A stretch of DNA of 64,000 bases from Synechococcus sp. (GCA_047285805.1 JBJBCN010000002.1:320001-384000); one strand, 5' to 3'; positions 53,574 through 62,477 are shown, numbered from the stretch's first letter. Notes: generated from the sequence alone by a model not told the origin. Numbers and translations are program-made.

Positions 53574-54512
53574 TTATTGATGTTCATGGCAGTGTTGATG
53601 GTTGGTCTCAAGTTGCAGGGTGCTCTTTCGAATACCAATCTTTGCCAGAGACTGCCTGGCGATGCCGATCACGCGTTCCCCGTCAACGGCGTCGTTCTCA
53701 AGAACGAGATGGGCTGTTAGGGCCGTTCTGGCGGTGCTGATACCCCAGACATGCAGCTCCTCCACGGCCGCCACGCCGGGTAGCTGTTGGAGCAGTGATT
53801 CGACAGCGCCCAGATCCACCCCCCGCGGAGCCGCATCGAGATTGAGCGCAACCGCCTCCCGCAGCAGATCAATTGCGCTCCAGATCACGGCGGCGCCAAC
53901 GCCGATGGCAGTGATCGCATCGAGCCACAGCCAGCCGGTGAAGCCCACCAGCAGGGCACTCACCAACACCGCAACAGACACCGCTGCATCCGTGAGCAGA
54001 TGCAACACCGCCGCCCGTTGATTCAGATCGTGGTGGTGGTCGTGGCCAAACAACTTGGCTGAGAACAGGTTGATCACGATGCCTGCAGCGGCAGCCCAGG
54101 CCACAGGGGCCGCGATCAAAGGCACAGGGTTAGCAAGCCGTTGGATGGCTTCCACGACCACCACCACACCAGCCGAGAAGATCAGCAGACCGTTGATCAG
54201 TGAGGCCATCTGGGTGCTGCGCCCGAAGCCATAGGTGAAACGGCCCTTTGGCGGCCGCAGGCTGAGCCATTCAGCGCCCCCGCCGAGCACCAGGCCGATC
54301 ACATCGCCGAGGTTGTGGAGGGCATCGCCAACCAAGGCGAGGGATCCAAACCCGAAGCCGATCACCAGCTGCAAGGCGGTGAGACCGCTGTTAAGCGCGA
54401 TGCTCCAGCGGAAGGCTGCACCAGCAGTGCGCTGAACACGATGGTCATGGCTGTGGGCATGATCATGACCTTGCTGATCGTGGCCGTGGTGATGGCGGTG
54501 TCCAGCTCCCAT
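53574..54512 (-). CDS. Cation diffusion facilitator (CzcD/ZitB-like) metal exporter
   Basis: His-rich N-terminus, SLALVGDALHNLGD, FTYGFGR, LHLLTD, LHVW, TLQLE, His/Cys tail. Confidence 0.93.
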   Translation of the reverse strand: MGAGHRHHHGHDQQGHDHAHSHDHRVQRTAGAAFRWSIALNSGLTALQLVIGFGFGSLALVGDALHNLGDVIGLVLGGGAEWLSLRPPKGRFTYGFGRSTQMASLINGLLIFSAGVVVVVEAIQRLANPVPLIAAPVAWAAAAGIVINLFSAKLFGHDHHHDLNQRAAVLHLLTDAAVSVAVLVSALLVGFTGWLWLDAITAIGVGAAVIWSAIDLLREAVALNLDAAPRGVDLGAVESLLQQLPGVAAVEELHVWGISTARTALTAHLVLENDAVDGERVIGIARQSLAKIGIRKSTLQLETNHQHCHEHQ

Positions 54513-54515
54513 CGC

Positions 54516-54716
54516 TCAACCCTCCGCCTGAGCCGCTAGGTAGGCGGCGATCATCTCGTTCATGCCTTGCTGGGTACGGCCGTGGGGCCGGTATCCCTTG
54601 GCCGCCCAAACGCGATCGAGCTCCATGCGCAGCTCGGGTGTGATCCAACAGGAGAGCAACACCTTGCCCTCCCGGCTGGAGGTGCAACGCTTGGTGGCCA
54701 CTGGGCGTTCGCTCAT
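54516..54716 (-). CDS. Small ribbon-helix-helix-like protein
   Basis: KVLLSCWITPELRMELDRV..GMNEMIAAYL; stop 3 nt before the CDF ATG. Confidence 0.6.
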   Translation of the reverse strand: MSERPVATKRCTSSREGKVLLSCWITPELRMELDRVWAAKGYRPHGRTQQGMNEMIAAYLAAQAEG

Positions 54717-54794
54717 GTCACAGTTAATGTATACAAGTGCTCAGTGGGTTTTGCTCTCCCCCTGGCAGTTGGGTTTGGAGTCCCCTGTTGGGCC

Positions 54795-55043
54795 GTGGAC
54801 AAGTTCCAGGGTCAAGAGGCCCCGGTTTCCATCCTGTCGTTGACGGCGAGCAGCGCAGAGGAGGCGCCGCGTGGCCTGGGTTTCCTGCTCTCGGCCAACC
54901 GCCTGAATGTGGCGATGAGCCGGGCGCAATGCCTCTCGATCGTGGTCGGCTCACCGACGCTGGCGGCAGGATCGGCGAACAACGTCGAGGAGGCGGAGCA
55001 ACTCAACAGCCTCTGCCGAATCATTCAGGCCAGTCAGACCTGA
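54795..55043 (+). pseudogene. C-terminal fragment of an SF1 helicase (AAA_12; TM0106/RecB-nuclease type)
   Basis: VDKFQGQEAPV..PRGLGFLLSANRLNVAMSRA..VVGSP with no N-terminal part. Confidence 0.8.
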
Positions 55044-55058
55044 GCCGATCCCCCTCGA

Positions 55059-55556
55059 CTAGGACTCGGCAGTGAGGACCTGCTGCGTGACCGGGAAAGA
55101 GCGGCAGGTCAGTGGAAAGTTCGTGAGCTGCGCCCGGCGTGCAACAAAGCCAGAGAGCGAATCGAGGTTGATGACCAGGCTGTTGGGGATGACATACAGC
55201 AGCGTCAGACGCTGGTCGTCGCGGATCGGAACCGGTGTGATGTGCAGCTCATCGTCCCTGAAGGTGTAACTGAAACGCCTCTTGTCGTCTGCGTCTCGCT
55301 TAAAGGACGGTGGTAGGGGAGCGAGCTTGTTGTGTTCGCGATCAAAGGCATAGAGGCGCTTGGCCTGCTTGGAGTAGGTCCAGCCCTGGCCTTGGTCGGA
55401 CGCAAATGTCTTGCTGGCCTCGTCGGTGAAGCCGTTCTCATCCTGCAAGCAGACCACTCGTTGGATGTCTTGGTCTGTCGACAAGGGTCCAGGGCTGCCA
55501 GAGCAACCGACAAGCAAGGCAGCTGTCACTGCGAGGAACAAAGGACGTGGCGGCAT
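55059..55556 (-). CDS. Hypothetical lipoprotein
   Basis: Lipobox LLVGC after a hydrophobic leader. Confidence 0.65.
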   Translation of the reverse strand: MPPRPLFLAVTAALLVGCSGSPGPLSTDQDIQRVVCLQDENGFTDEASKTFASDQGQGWTYSKQAKRLYAFDREHNKLAPLPPSFKRDADDKRRFSYTFRDDELHITPVPIRDDQRLTLLYVIPNSLVINLDSLSGFVARRAQLTNFPLTCRSFPVTQQVLTAES

Positions 55557-56020
55557 GTCAGCGACAGAGAACTGAGCCCAACCACTTGAAGAGAACTGCC
55601 AGCAGGGAGGGGCAGATCAAGAGTGGGACGTCATTCCTCGCACGGCACAAGCTTGAGAGCAGAACCAAGCTCGTCGCTCCCTCTCCTCTTGCGTTAGAAG
55701 CGCCAGCAGGGCCATAACCACTAAGGACACGGTCGAGTGATTCCCCGTGATCCGAGACGGGGGAGTGCCAAGCTCCCCCACCTCAATGCTCCTAGCTGGG
55801 CGCTGAGGGGAAGTGACGTGTTCGCGTTCAACCTCCACTCTCACTGGAAACAGGCCATCAGGTCCGCTCTCAGCGGCCGGGAGGCATCGCCGGCAAGAAG
55901 TTTCGTCAAGGATTAGCAGTAAATACCTTCCGCCGTGGGAAAGTTCACAGTCATATGCACGATCTACAGACTCCCTTTGGGTTCTTTGGAGAACTGGTCG
56001 TCGGATCCGCCTTGCTCCTC

Positions 56021-56116
56021 ATGGCTCGATCACTCAAAGAAGTCGGATTACTCGCTGCAGCGTTCTTGGTCGGCTTCGTCGCCCTCGAAACCTGTTTGCG
56101 CATGAACGGTCTGTAA
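56021..56116 (+). CDS. Putative 31-aa single-TM peptide
   Basis: MARSLKEVGLLAAAFLVGFVALETCLRMNGL; below the ORF-track cutoff. Confidence 0.35.
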   Translation: MARSLKEVGLLAAAFLVGFVALETCLRMNGL

Positions 56117-56159
56117 GGGAACCAGCCCCCTCCCTGTAACCGCGATACCACTGCGCTTC

Positions 56160-56369
56160 ATGACTGAATGGCTTAAGAGCCCAAGCGGCAATAGGGTTGC
56201 CCGCTTTTCTGGTACTGGTCTAGGCCGAGCTGAGGTCACAAAAGCGCGTAAAGCGGGTTGGTCTGATCCTCTGGTCGAGCGGCACGATGTGATGAGTCAG
56301 TCGCAAGCCCAACTGCAGTGGCATGGGTTACGCAGTGAGGGATGGACGGTCACTAACCCACAGTGGTGA
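56160..56369 (+). CDS. DUF1651-like protein
   Basis: EWLKSPSG..F ... W..L...GW....PQW terminus. Confidence 0.7.
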   Translation: MTEWLKSPSGNRVARFSGTGLGRAEVTKARKAGWSDPLVERHDVMSQSQAQLQWHGLRSEGWTVTNPQW

Positions 56370-56522
56370 AACCAGGGCGGGCAGAAAACTGGACTTGAGA
56401 GCTGAGGGAAGGAAGTAACTCAGGCAACTGTCGTGTCGGTCCTGGAAGTAACAGCTCCTGGGTCGGGCTAGGGGAGGAAGCCGCGTAGGGGGAGCTGCAC
56501 TTTCACCATCAGGTGTTTCCCC

Positions 56523-56551
56523 AAAAAAGCAGCACTGGCGATTACTGCTTT
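56523..56551. terminator. Probable intrinsic terminator
   Basis: AAAAAAGCAGCA-loop-TACTGCTTT. Confidence 0.45.
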
Positions 56552-56943
56552 CTCGGGCAGCATTTCACATGGAAAGCGTCCGCGCGCTGTGCGCAAATCT
56601 TCTTAACTAATGCGATCTCGGATCCATGTTGGAGCGGTTAATCAATCCGCTTTTGCTGTAAGCCTAAAAACCACAGGTCGCTCATCTTCTGGATCAGTGC
56701 AAGCGTTAACGACTCTGTTCTTGCAAAAAGCAATAAGTTTGTTTTGCGCCTTGCCTTGGATAGGCCAGTTTTAGGTTGAATGCTTTTGGCGCCTTCACTG
56801 ATACCTATTCTGTTGATTGGTTGCGAGTTGGGCACGCTCTTGATCGAAGCGGCCAGCTGGTCCTCTCCCGGTTACCCGGCGCTTCGTTCCGCCGTTAAGA
56901 GTTCAAGGGATCAGCGGGTGTGAAGACTGTTCTCGTGTAGTTT

Positions 56944-57063
56944 GCGGGCCTGGTTTCAGCAGTGATCAGCTGCTGAAGGAAACGGGGAAAGTCCGGTGGA
57001 AATCCGGCGCTGTCCCGCAGCTGTGAAGCGGCTTCAACAGATGCCGTCAGTCAGAACGCCCGC
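56944..57063 (+). ncRNA. Cobalamin (B12) riboswitch
   Basis: GCGGGC/GCCCGC closing stem, GGTTTC, AAACGGGGAA, CCGGTGGAAATCCGG, CTGTCCCGCAGCTGT, AGTCAGAACGCC; 5' of hupE. Confidence 0.92.
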
Positions 57064-57087
57064 CAGTTCAACACGACGAGGATCGAA

Positions 57088-57717
57088 ATGACTAAGGACT
57101 TGCGCGGCCAGCGCTCAGGCCTTGCACTGGCTTTTTGTGGCGCCACAGTCGTCCTGAGCTGCAGTCCAGCTCTGGCGCACCATCCCTTTGGAATGGGCGA
57201 CTCAAGCAATTTGACTGCTCTTCAAGGCCTATTGAGCGGAATCGGTCATCCCCTGCTTGGACCCGACCACCTGCTCTTTTTGATTGCGATCGCTTTTATT
57301 GGCCTTCGCAAGCCAACAGCTTGGGTTCTCCCCCTTCTGGCAACAGGTCTTCTGGGCAGCCTTGCATCCCAGATCGTGCCTCTTCCAGATGCAGTCGCAC
57401 CGTGGGCAGAAGCGATTGTTTCCTTGAGCTTGGCGCTTGAAGGCTTGATTGCCTTGAACAAGCTCCCGGCCAATCTTCTTCTGCCCCTAGTCGGCCTACA
57501 TGGCTTTTTGCTCGGCAGCACGATCGTTGGAGCAGAACCAACCCCGTTGTTGACCTATTTCATTGGTCTTCTGGTTGGCCAGGGTGCTCTGCTTCTTGCT
57601 GTGTGTGCGGGTGCATCACGTTTGCGTGAATGGCTAGGTGCAAACGGCCAAAGGCTTGCTGCGGGAATCTGGATGGGTATTGGTATGGCCTTTGCCTGGG
57701 TGGCCCTCATCGACTGA
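57088..57717 (+). CDS. HupE/UreJ cobalt/nickel transporter
   Basis: Signal peptide then AHHPF, GHPLLGPDHL, LHG. Confidence 0.93.
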   Translation: MTKDLRGQRSGLALAFCGATVVLSCSPALAHHPFGMGDSSNLTALQGLLSGIGHPLLGPDHLLFLIAIAFIGLRKPTAWVLPLLATGLLGSLASQIVPLPDAVAPWAEAIVSLSLALEGLIALNKLPANLLLPLVGLHGFLLGSTIVGAEPTPLLTYFIGLLVGQGALLLAVCAGASRLREWLGANGQRLAAGIWMGIGMAFAWVALID

Positions 57718-57761
57718 ACTCAGTTTGACGTTGATGTTCAGCACGATGAATTAAGTCAGTC

Positions 57762-58559
57762 ATGTGGAATGTGCATGAGCAAGAACTCTTTGCTTTCTTG
57801 CTCACACTTGGTGCTGGTTTATCGACCGGTATCGGCAGTTGGCTCGGGGTGCTCAGTCGCCGTTTCAGCCCAGGCCTGCTGACCACCGCTTTGAGTTTTT
57901 CTGCCGGCGTGATGATCTTTGTCTCCTTCGTGGAGATCTTCCCGAAGGCGCGTCAGTCCCTGACCCCTGCGCTGGGCACTAGCACCGCTTACTTGGTGAC
58001 GGTCCTGGCGTTTTTTGCAGGGATGTTGGCGCTGGCGCTGATCGATCGGCTGCTGCCGTCCCATGAGCTGGCGATCCTGCCGTTGCGGGAAGGGTCTGAT
58101 TCCTCGGCCCTGATGCGCACGGGCTTGTTCTCGGCCCTCGCCATCGCGATCCATAACTTCCCCGAGGGGCTCGCCACCTTTGTGGCGGCTCTGTCTGAGC
58201 CCCGGCTTGGCATTGGCATCGCCATTGCCATCGCCATCCACAACATTCCTGAGGGGCTGGCGGTGTCAGCCCCCGTCTATTACGCGACCGGCAGCCGCAC
58301 TCAGGCCTTCTGGATTTCCTTTGCCTCCGGATTGGCGGAACCGCTCGGAGCGCTCATCGGTTACGTCTTTCTCCGCTCGTTCCTCAACGACGTGGTCCTC
58401 GGTCTGGTCTTCGCCAGCGTCGCCGGAATCATGATCTACATCTGCTTTGACGAGCTGCTGCCGGCGGCGCAGCGCACTGGTGCGAAGCACCATCTGATGA
58501 TGGTTGGCGTCACTGCCGGCATGTTGGTGATGAGCATCAGCTTGGTGATGCTCGCCTGA
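57762..58559 (+). CDS. zupT: ZIP-family zinc transporter
   Basis: SAGVMIFVSFVEI, HNFPEG, HNIPEG, SGLAEP, DELLP. Confidence 0.92.
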   Translation: MWNVHEQELFAFLLTLGAGLSTGIGSWLGVLSRRFSPGLLTTALSFSAGVMIFVSFVEIFPKARQSLTPALGTSTAYLVTVLAFFAGMLALALIDRLLPSHELAILPLREGSDSSALMRTGLFSALAIAIHNFPEGLATFVAALSEPRLGIGIAIAIAIHNIPEGLAVSAPVYYATGSRTQAFWISFASGLAEPLGALIGYVFLRSFLNDVVLGLVFASVAGIMIYICFDELLPAAQRTGAKHHLMMVGVTAGMLVMSISLVMLA

Positions 58560-58584
58560 AGGCGGACCACTAATTTTCTCCTGT

Positions 58585-58605
58585 CGAAAAGAATCAATCT
58601 TTTCG
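58585..58605. promoter_or_regulatory. Fur/Zur-like palindrome upstream of the porin
   Basis: CGAAAAGA-ATCAA-TCTTTTCG, perfect 8-bp arms, about 55 nt before the ATG. Confidence 0.5.
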
Positions 58606-58658
58606 TTTAAAGCCTCTATTAATCGCAGTTAATTACTTTTCCCCACTCCCTCTTAAAA

Positions 58659-60215
58659 ATGAGAAGCTTTCAAAACTTTCTCCTCGCGCCTGCAGCTCTG
58701 GGCCTTCTGGCTCCTGTTGCTGCAAACGCCGCTGACGTCAACATCGCCGGCCTGAGCCAGTACGGCACCGAAGAGCAGGTGACTTCGATCACCCAGTTCT
58801 CCGACGTGCAGCCCACCGACTGGGCTTATCAGGCACTGAGCAACCTGATCGAGCGCTACGGCTGCGTCGCTGGTTACCCCAACGGCACCTACCGCGGCAA
58901 CCGTGCGATGACCCGCTATGAAGCGGCCGCACTGCTGAACGCTTGCCTCGACCGGATCACTGAAGTGACCGACGAGCTCAAGCGCCTGATGAAGGAATTC
59001 GAGCGTGAGCTGGCTGTGCTCCGCGGCCGCGTGGACGGCCTCGAGGCTCGCGTCGGCGAACTGGAAGCCTCTCAGTTCTCCACCACCACCAAGCTGCGTG
59101 GTCTGGCCACCTTCGTTGTGGGTGCCAACAACTTCAGCGGCAATGCTCGGCAACTTGTTGATGAGAACAAGGGAAAATTTGCTGCAGCGACATTTAACTA
59201 CGATTTGCAGTTGAATATTGACACCAGTTTTACTGGTAGAGATTTACTGCGTAGCACACTTCGCGGCGGAAACTTTGACGGGACCTGGAATTCATTTGGC
59301 GGAGCCGGCCCAAGCAGCTTGTCACAACTAGAGGTTGCTTTCCAGGAGGAAGGTGGAGCAGATGTCGTAGGAATTGACAGGCTTTTCTATCAGTTCCCTA
59401 TGAATGACTTTATTTTCTCTGTGGGACCTCGGGTTGCGCAAGAGGACATGCTTCCCATTTGGCCATCGATTTATCCCGCAAGTGCAGTCCTGGACCTTCT
59501 GACGCTAGGAGGCGCGCCTGGGGCATACAACAAAAATCTAGGTTCTGGTGCTGGTATCTCTTGGCAATCCAATGGATATGCAGTCGGAGCTAACTATGTT
59601 GCTGCGAATGGTCGCAACGGAGATCCTTCTCAAGGAGGAATTGCCACCGCAGGATCTGGTGGAACAGGGTCTGTTCAGCTGGGTTATGCATCTGGAGAGT
59701 GGGGCATAGCCGCCCTTTACTCGCGACTTCAGAATGCAAATGACCTGTTCGTATATGGAACAGACTTCACCCTCGAAAGTTATTCCAAACCTGGCACCAC
59801 AAATGCTTTCGGTGTAAGTTCTTACTGGCAGCCACAGACGACAACTTGGATTCCGTCGATCAGTGGAGGCTGGGGCATCAACTCAACCAGTTACGCAAGC
59901 TCTGTTGTCAGTCGTGGGCTGACAGCCATCAGCCAGTCTTGGAGCGTTGGTCTTCAGTGGAGTGAGGTCCTGCGTCAGGGGAACTCTTTAGGAATGGCTG
60001 TTGGCCAGGCTCCTTTTAGTACCGAACTCGTGGGAGGGGAATCTCTCACTGATGGAAACTTTGCTTGGGAGTGGTGGTACAACTATCAGGTTTCAGACAA
60101 CATCTCCATTACCCCGGCACTCTTTTACCTGAGCCGGCCATTAGGTGATGCAACTCCAAGCAATACAAGCTTCAATCAGCTTGGCGGCCTAGTCAAGACG
60201 AGCTTCAGGTTCTGA
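58659..60215 (+). CDS. Cyanobacterial SLH-domain porin (Som/OprB type)
   Basis: QVTSITQFSDVQPTDWAYQAL, RYGCVAGYP, QFSTTTKL, TSFTGRDLL, terminal KTSFRF. Confidence 0.95.
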   Translation: MRSFQNFLLAPAALGLLAPVAANAADVNIAGLSQYGTEEQVTSITQFSDVQPTDWAYQALSNLIERYGCVAGYPNGTYRGNRAMTRYEAAALLNACLDRITEVTDELKRLMKEFERELAVLRGRVDGLEARVGELEASQFSTTTKLRGLATFVVGANNFSGNARQLVDENKGKFAAATFNYDLQLNIDTSFTGRDLLRSTLRGGNFDGTWNSFGGAGPSSLSQLEVAFQEEGGADVVGIDRLFYQFPMNDFIFSVGPRVAQEDMLPIWPSIYPASAVLDLLTLGGAPGAYNKNLGSGAGISWQSNGYAVGANYVAANGRNGDPSQGGIATAGSGGTGSVQLGYASGEWGIAALYSRLQNANDLFVYGTDFTLESYSKPGTTNAFGVSSYWQPQTTTWIPSISGGWGINSTSYASSVVSRGLTAISQSWSVGLQWSEVLRQGNSLGMAVGQAPFSTELVGGESLTDGNFAWEWWYNYQVSDNISITPALFYLSRPLGDATPSNTSFNQLGGLVKTSFRF

Positions 60216-60217
60216 TC

Positions 60218-60610
60218 TCATTGATCAGAAGCATGGTGTTCACTGCAGGGCATCCATAAAGAGCCCATCGCGTGAGCACCATTGCAGCCCAATTCTGCGG
60301 CCTTCTCCAGTGCAATCTTTTTGCTGGGGTAGGCCATTAATTGCTTTTGTTCAGAGAAATTTGCATGGTGTTCATGAGTGTTGCTGGGTGCAAGTGACCA
60401 AAGGCCCATCGCATTGATGCCCGTGACCGCAATACCCATCCCCACCACGCAAGCGTTGAGGATTCCCATGCCAACCACGCCGAGGCTGATAGCGCCCATT
60501 GGCACCACGCCAATACTCACCACCCCCATTGGCACTACGCCGATCGAAACGATCCCTAGTGGAGCTATCCCAATAGCGAGTAGCTTTGGAGGCTCATTGC
60601 AACTGGACAT
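60218..60610 (-). CDS. Gly-repeat membrane protein fused to DUF3721
   Basis: (GVVSIGVVPM)-type repeats, HEHH linker, YPSKKIALEKAAELGCNGAHAMGSLWMPCSEHH. Confidence 0.82.
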   Translation of the reverse strand: MSSCNEPPKLLAIGIAPLGIVSIGVVPMGVVSIGVVPMGAISLGVVGMGILNACVVGMGIAVTGINAMGLWSLAPSNTHEHHANFSEQKQLMAYPSKKIALEKAAELGCNGAHAMGSLWMPCSEHHASDQ

Positions 60611-60619
60611 GGCTTCTTT

Positions 60620-60886
60620 TTAGTGATTCGTTGCGGCTGAGTGGGTTCCCATTTCGTGGGATTTGCACGGCATCCATAGCTCCCCCATGCGATGAGCGCC
60701 TGTGCAGTTGAAATGCTTTTTGGCTGCTTCCTCTGCTTCGGTTTTTGTTGCATACATTGCTGGCACTCCCAAAGTATTGGCATTGGCGCTCTGTAAAAGG
60801 AGAAAAGACGACGCAGCTACTATCAATGCGGCAGCAGTGCTCTCAACTTTCCCGCAAGGGCTATTGAAATAAGTTATAGTCAGCAC
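60620..60886 (-). CDS. Exported DUF3721 protein
   Basis: Signal-like segment then YATKTEAEEAA..CTGAHRMGELWMPCKSH; start uncertain. Confidence 0.82.
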   Translation of the reverse strand: MLTITYFNSPCGKVESTAAALIVAASSFLLLQSANANTLGVPAMYATKTEAEEAAKKHFNCTGAHRMGELWMPCKSHEMGTHSAATNH

Positions 60887-61240
60887 GATTAGTCAAAGCA
60901 AATCTAAAGGCATTTTGTACTTGCAGGCAGATGGTGTTCATGTAAAGACACTCGCGCAGCTTTCACGCGTCCCCTCCAAATTAGCAAGGATCAAAAATTC
61001 CCTAGTCTTTTCGAGGGAGGCGCTCCGCAGGTCAGACGGAGCGGCGAGACTAACTCCACCGCTGCACACACAGTGCCTAAAACAATCTCGAAGACTAACG
61101 CCAAAAAGCTGCACAGTTTCGATGCGGCTTATTCGCGATCATGAAAGCTGGAGGCGACAAAAGAGGGGCAAGAGAAGACTTATTCCCTGCAGCCCATTGC
61201 AAGCGGAGAATGATCAGTCAAACTATACATAGACAACCTT

Positions 61241-61627
61241 GTGGCCATGATAGTTGAACAACGACGCTACAAGCGTCCGCTCAAAGATCTCTCCCCAATC
61301 GAATACCAGCTCCGCAAGACCAATCGAGTCCTGGAGAAACTCCGCCGTCACGAACGCGATCTACTCGCTCTGCCTCACTCCCGATCCAAACCCGAACGCC
61401 TACGCCGTTGCCGTCAGCGCATTGCTGATCAACGTCGTATGTATCGAGCCTTCCAGATCGCTGCTTACCTCCTCGGCCTCAAGGTTTGGCCTAAACCCAC
61501 CCAACGTGAACTCAACCCCTGGGCTGAAACAAACAAACCAAACACAATTCCGTCTCCTCCCTCTTGGTTGACTGATCAATTCGATGACTTCAACATTAAT
61601 GCAGATCTAGATGACATCGCAGCATGA
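61241..61627 (+). CDS. Basic helical ORFan
   Basis: 128 aa, Arg-rich core, acidic tail, C/A-skewed codons. Confidence 0.6.
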   Translation: MAMIVEQRRYKRPLKDLSPIEYQLRKTNRVLEKLRRHERDLLALPHSRSKPERLRRCRQRIADQRRMYRAFQIAAYLLGLKVWPKPTQRELNPWAETNKPNTIPSPPSWLTDQFDDFNINADLDDIAA

Positions 61628-61791
61628 CAACATCTCTAACCAGTCATACTCAAACACTCATCCGTAATGGCGAATCCACCCGTTGGGTCAACGTCATTGC
61701 CTCAACTAACGATCACCTCACCATCTCCATCCCAGGTGCTGGTATCCAACGCATCCCAGCCTCTCTAGCCGTCCCTCAATCCACCTCCTAA
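61624..61791 (+). CDS. 55-aa ORFan
   Basis: ATGA overlap with the previous ORF; MTTSLTSHTQTLIRNGESTRWVNVIAST...; followed by a terminator. Confidence 0.55.
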   Translation: MTTSLTSHTQTLIRNGESTRWVNVIASTNDHLTISIPGAGIQRIPASLAVPQSTS

Positions 61792-61817
61792 CTTCAATCC
61801 GTAGAAGCAGGTCCCAC

Positions 61818-61850
61818 GCCCTCACGCTCGCCATCGCGTGGGGGCTTTTT
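61818..61850 (+). terminator. Intrinsic terminator
   Basis: GCCCTCACGC-loop-GCGTGGGGGC-TTTTT. Confidence 0.75.
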
Positions 61851-62477
61851 ATTGCTCTCTCCCTCTCTGCTTCCTTGATGCACTCCCGATGCATTAGTGA
61901 TGCATTGGTGTGGGGGATTTTGCTGCTTTTCTATGAGCGGCTTCACGTACATACATACGGGCGCAGTCGCCCCCCGTGGGGGTCGGCGGCAAGGCCTGGG
62001 GGTGGGGATACGGATGAAGGTCACGTCGTCCGGCTGGCCAGGGCGCCGTTGGCCTGCGTCGTCCACGCCATAAAAGGGTTGGGGCGCGTAGAAAAAAAGC
62101 GTTCCGACCTGCCGCTGAAATTCAACGGTGTGCCCTTCAACCAAAGACGAGACGCCCGCGCGTTTCCTTTAAGGGCCAAGGCTGGCCAACCGGTTCCGAT
62201 CGGTGTTGATGGCGGCAATGACTGAGAGAGCACTGCCGATTGCACCGATGGCGTCACTGGTGGCAGTGGACTGATGGCACTGACAGCAGGGCCACCACAA
62301 CCCAACGGTTTCGGCGGGGCGCCACAACCTGGGGCCTGGCCACCGCCACAACAGGGATTGAAGGCCAGCGAAACGGTCCTTCGCCTTGATCCAGCGAAAG
62401 GGTGTGCTGTATGGTTTCGGTGGGCCAGCGCAGCGCCAACTGCCTGACCCGTGATCAATCCAGATGGAGCTGGACCG

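Noticed and set aside
56411..56453. GGAAGTAAC occurring twice, resembling a glutamine riboswitch core
   Set aside because: No CGTT/AACG P1 stem or flanking stems found
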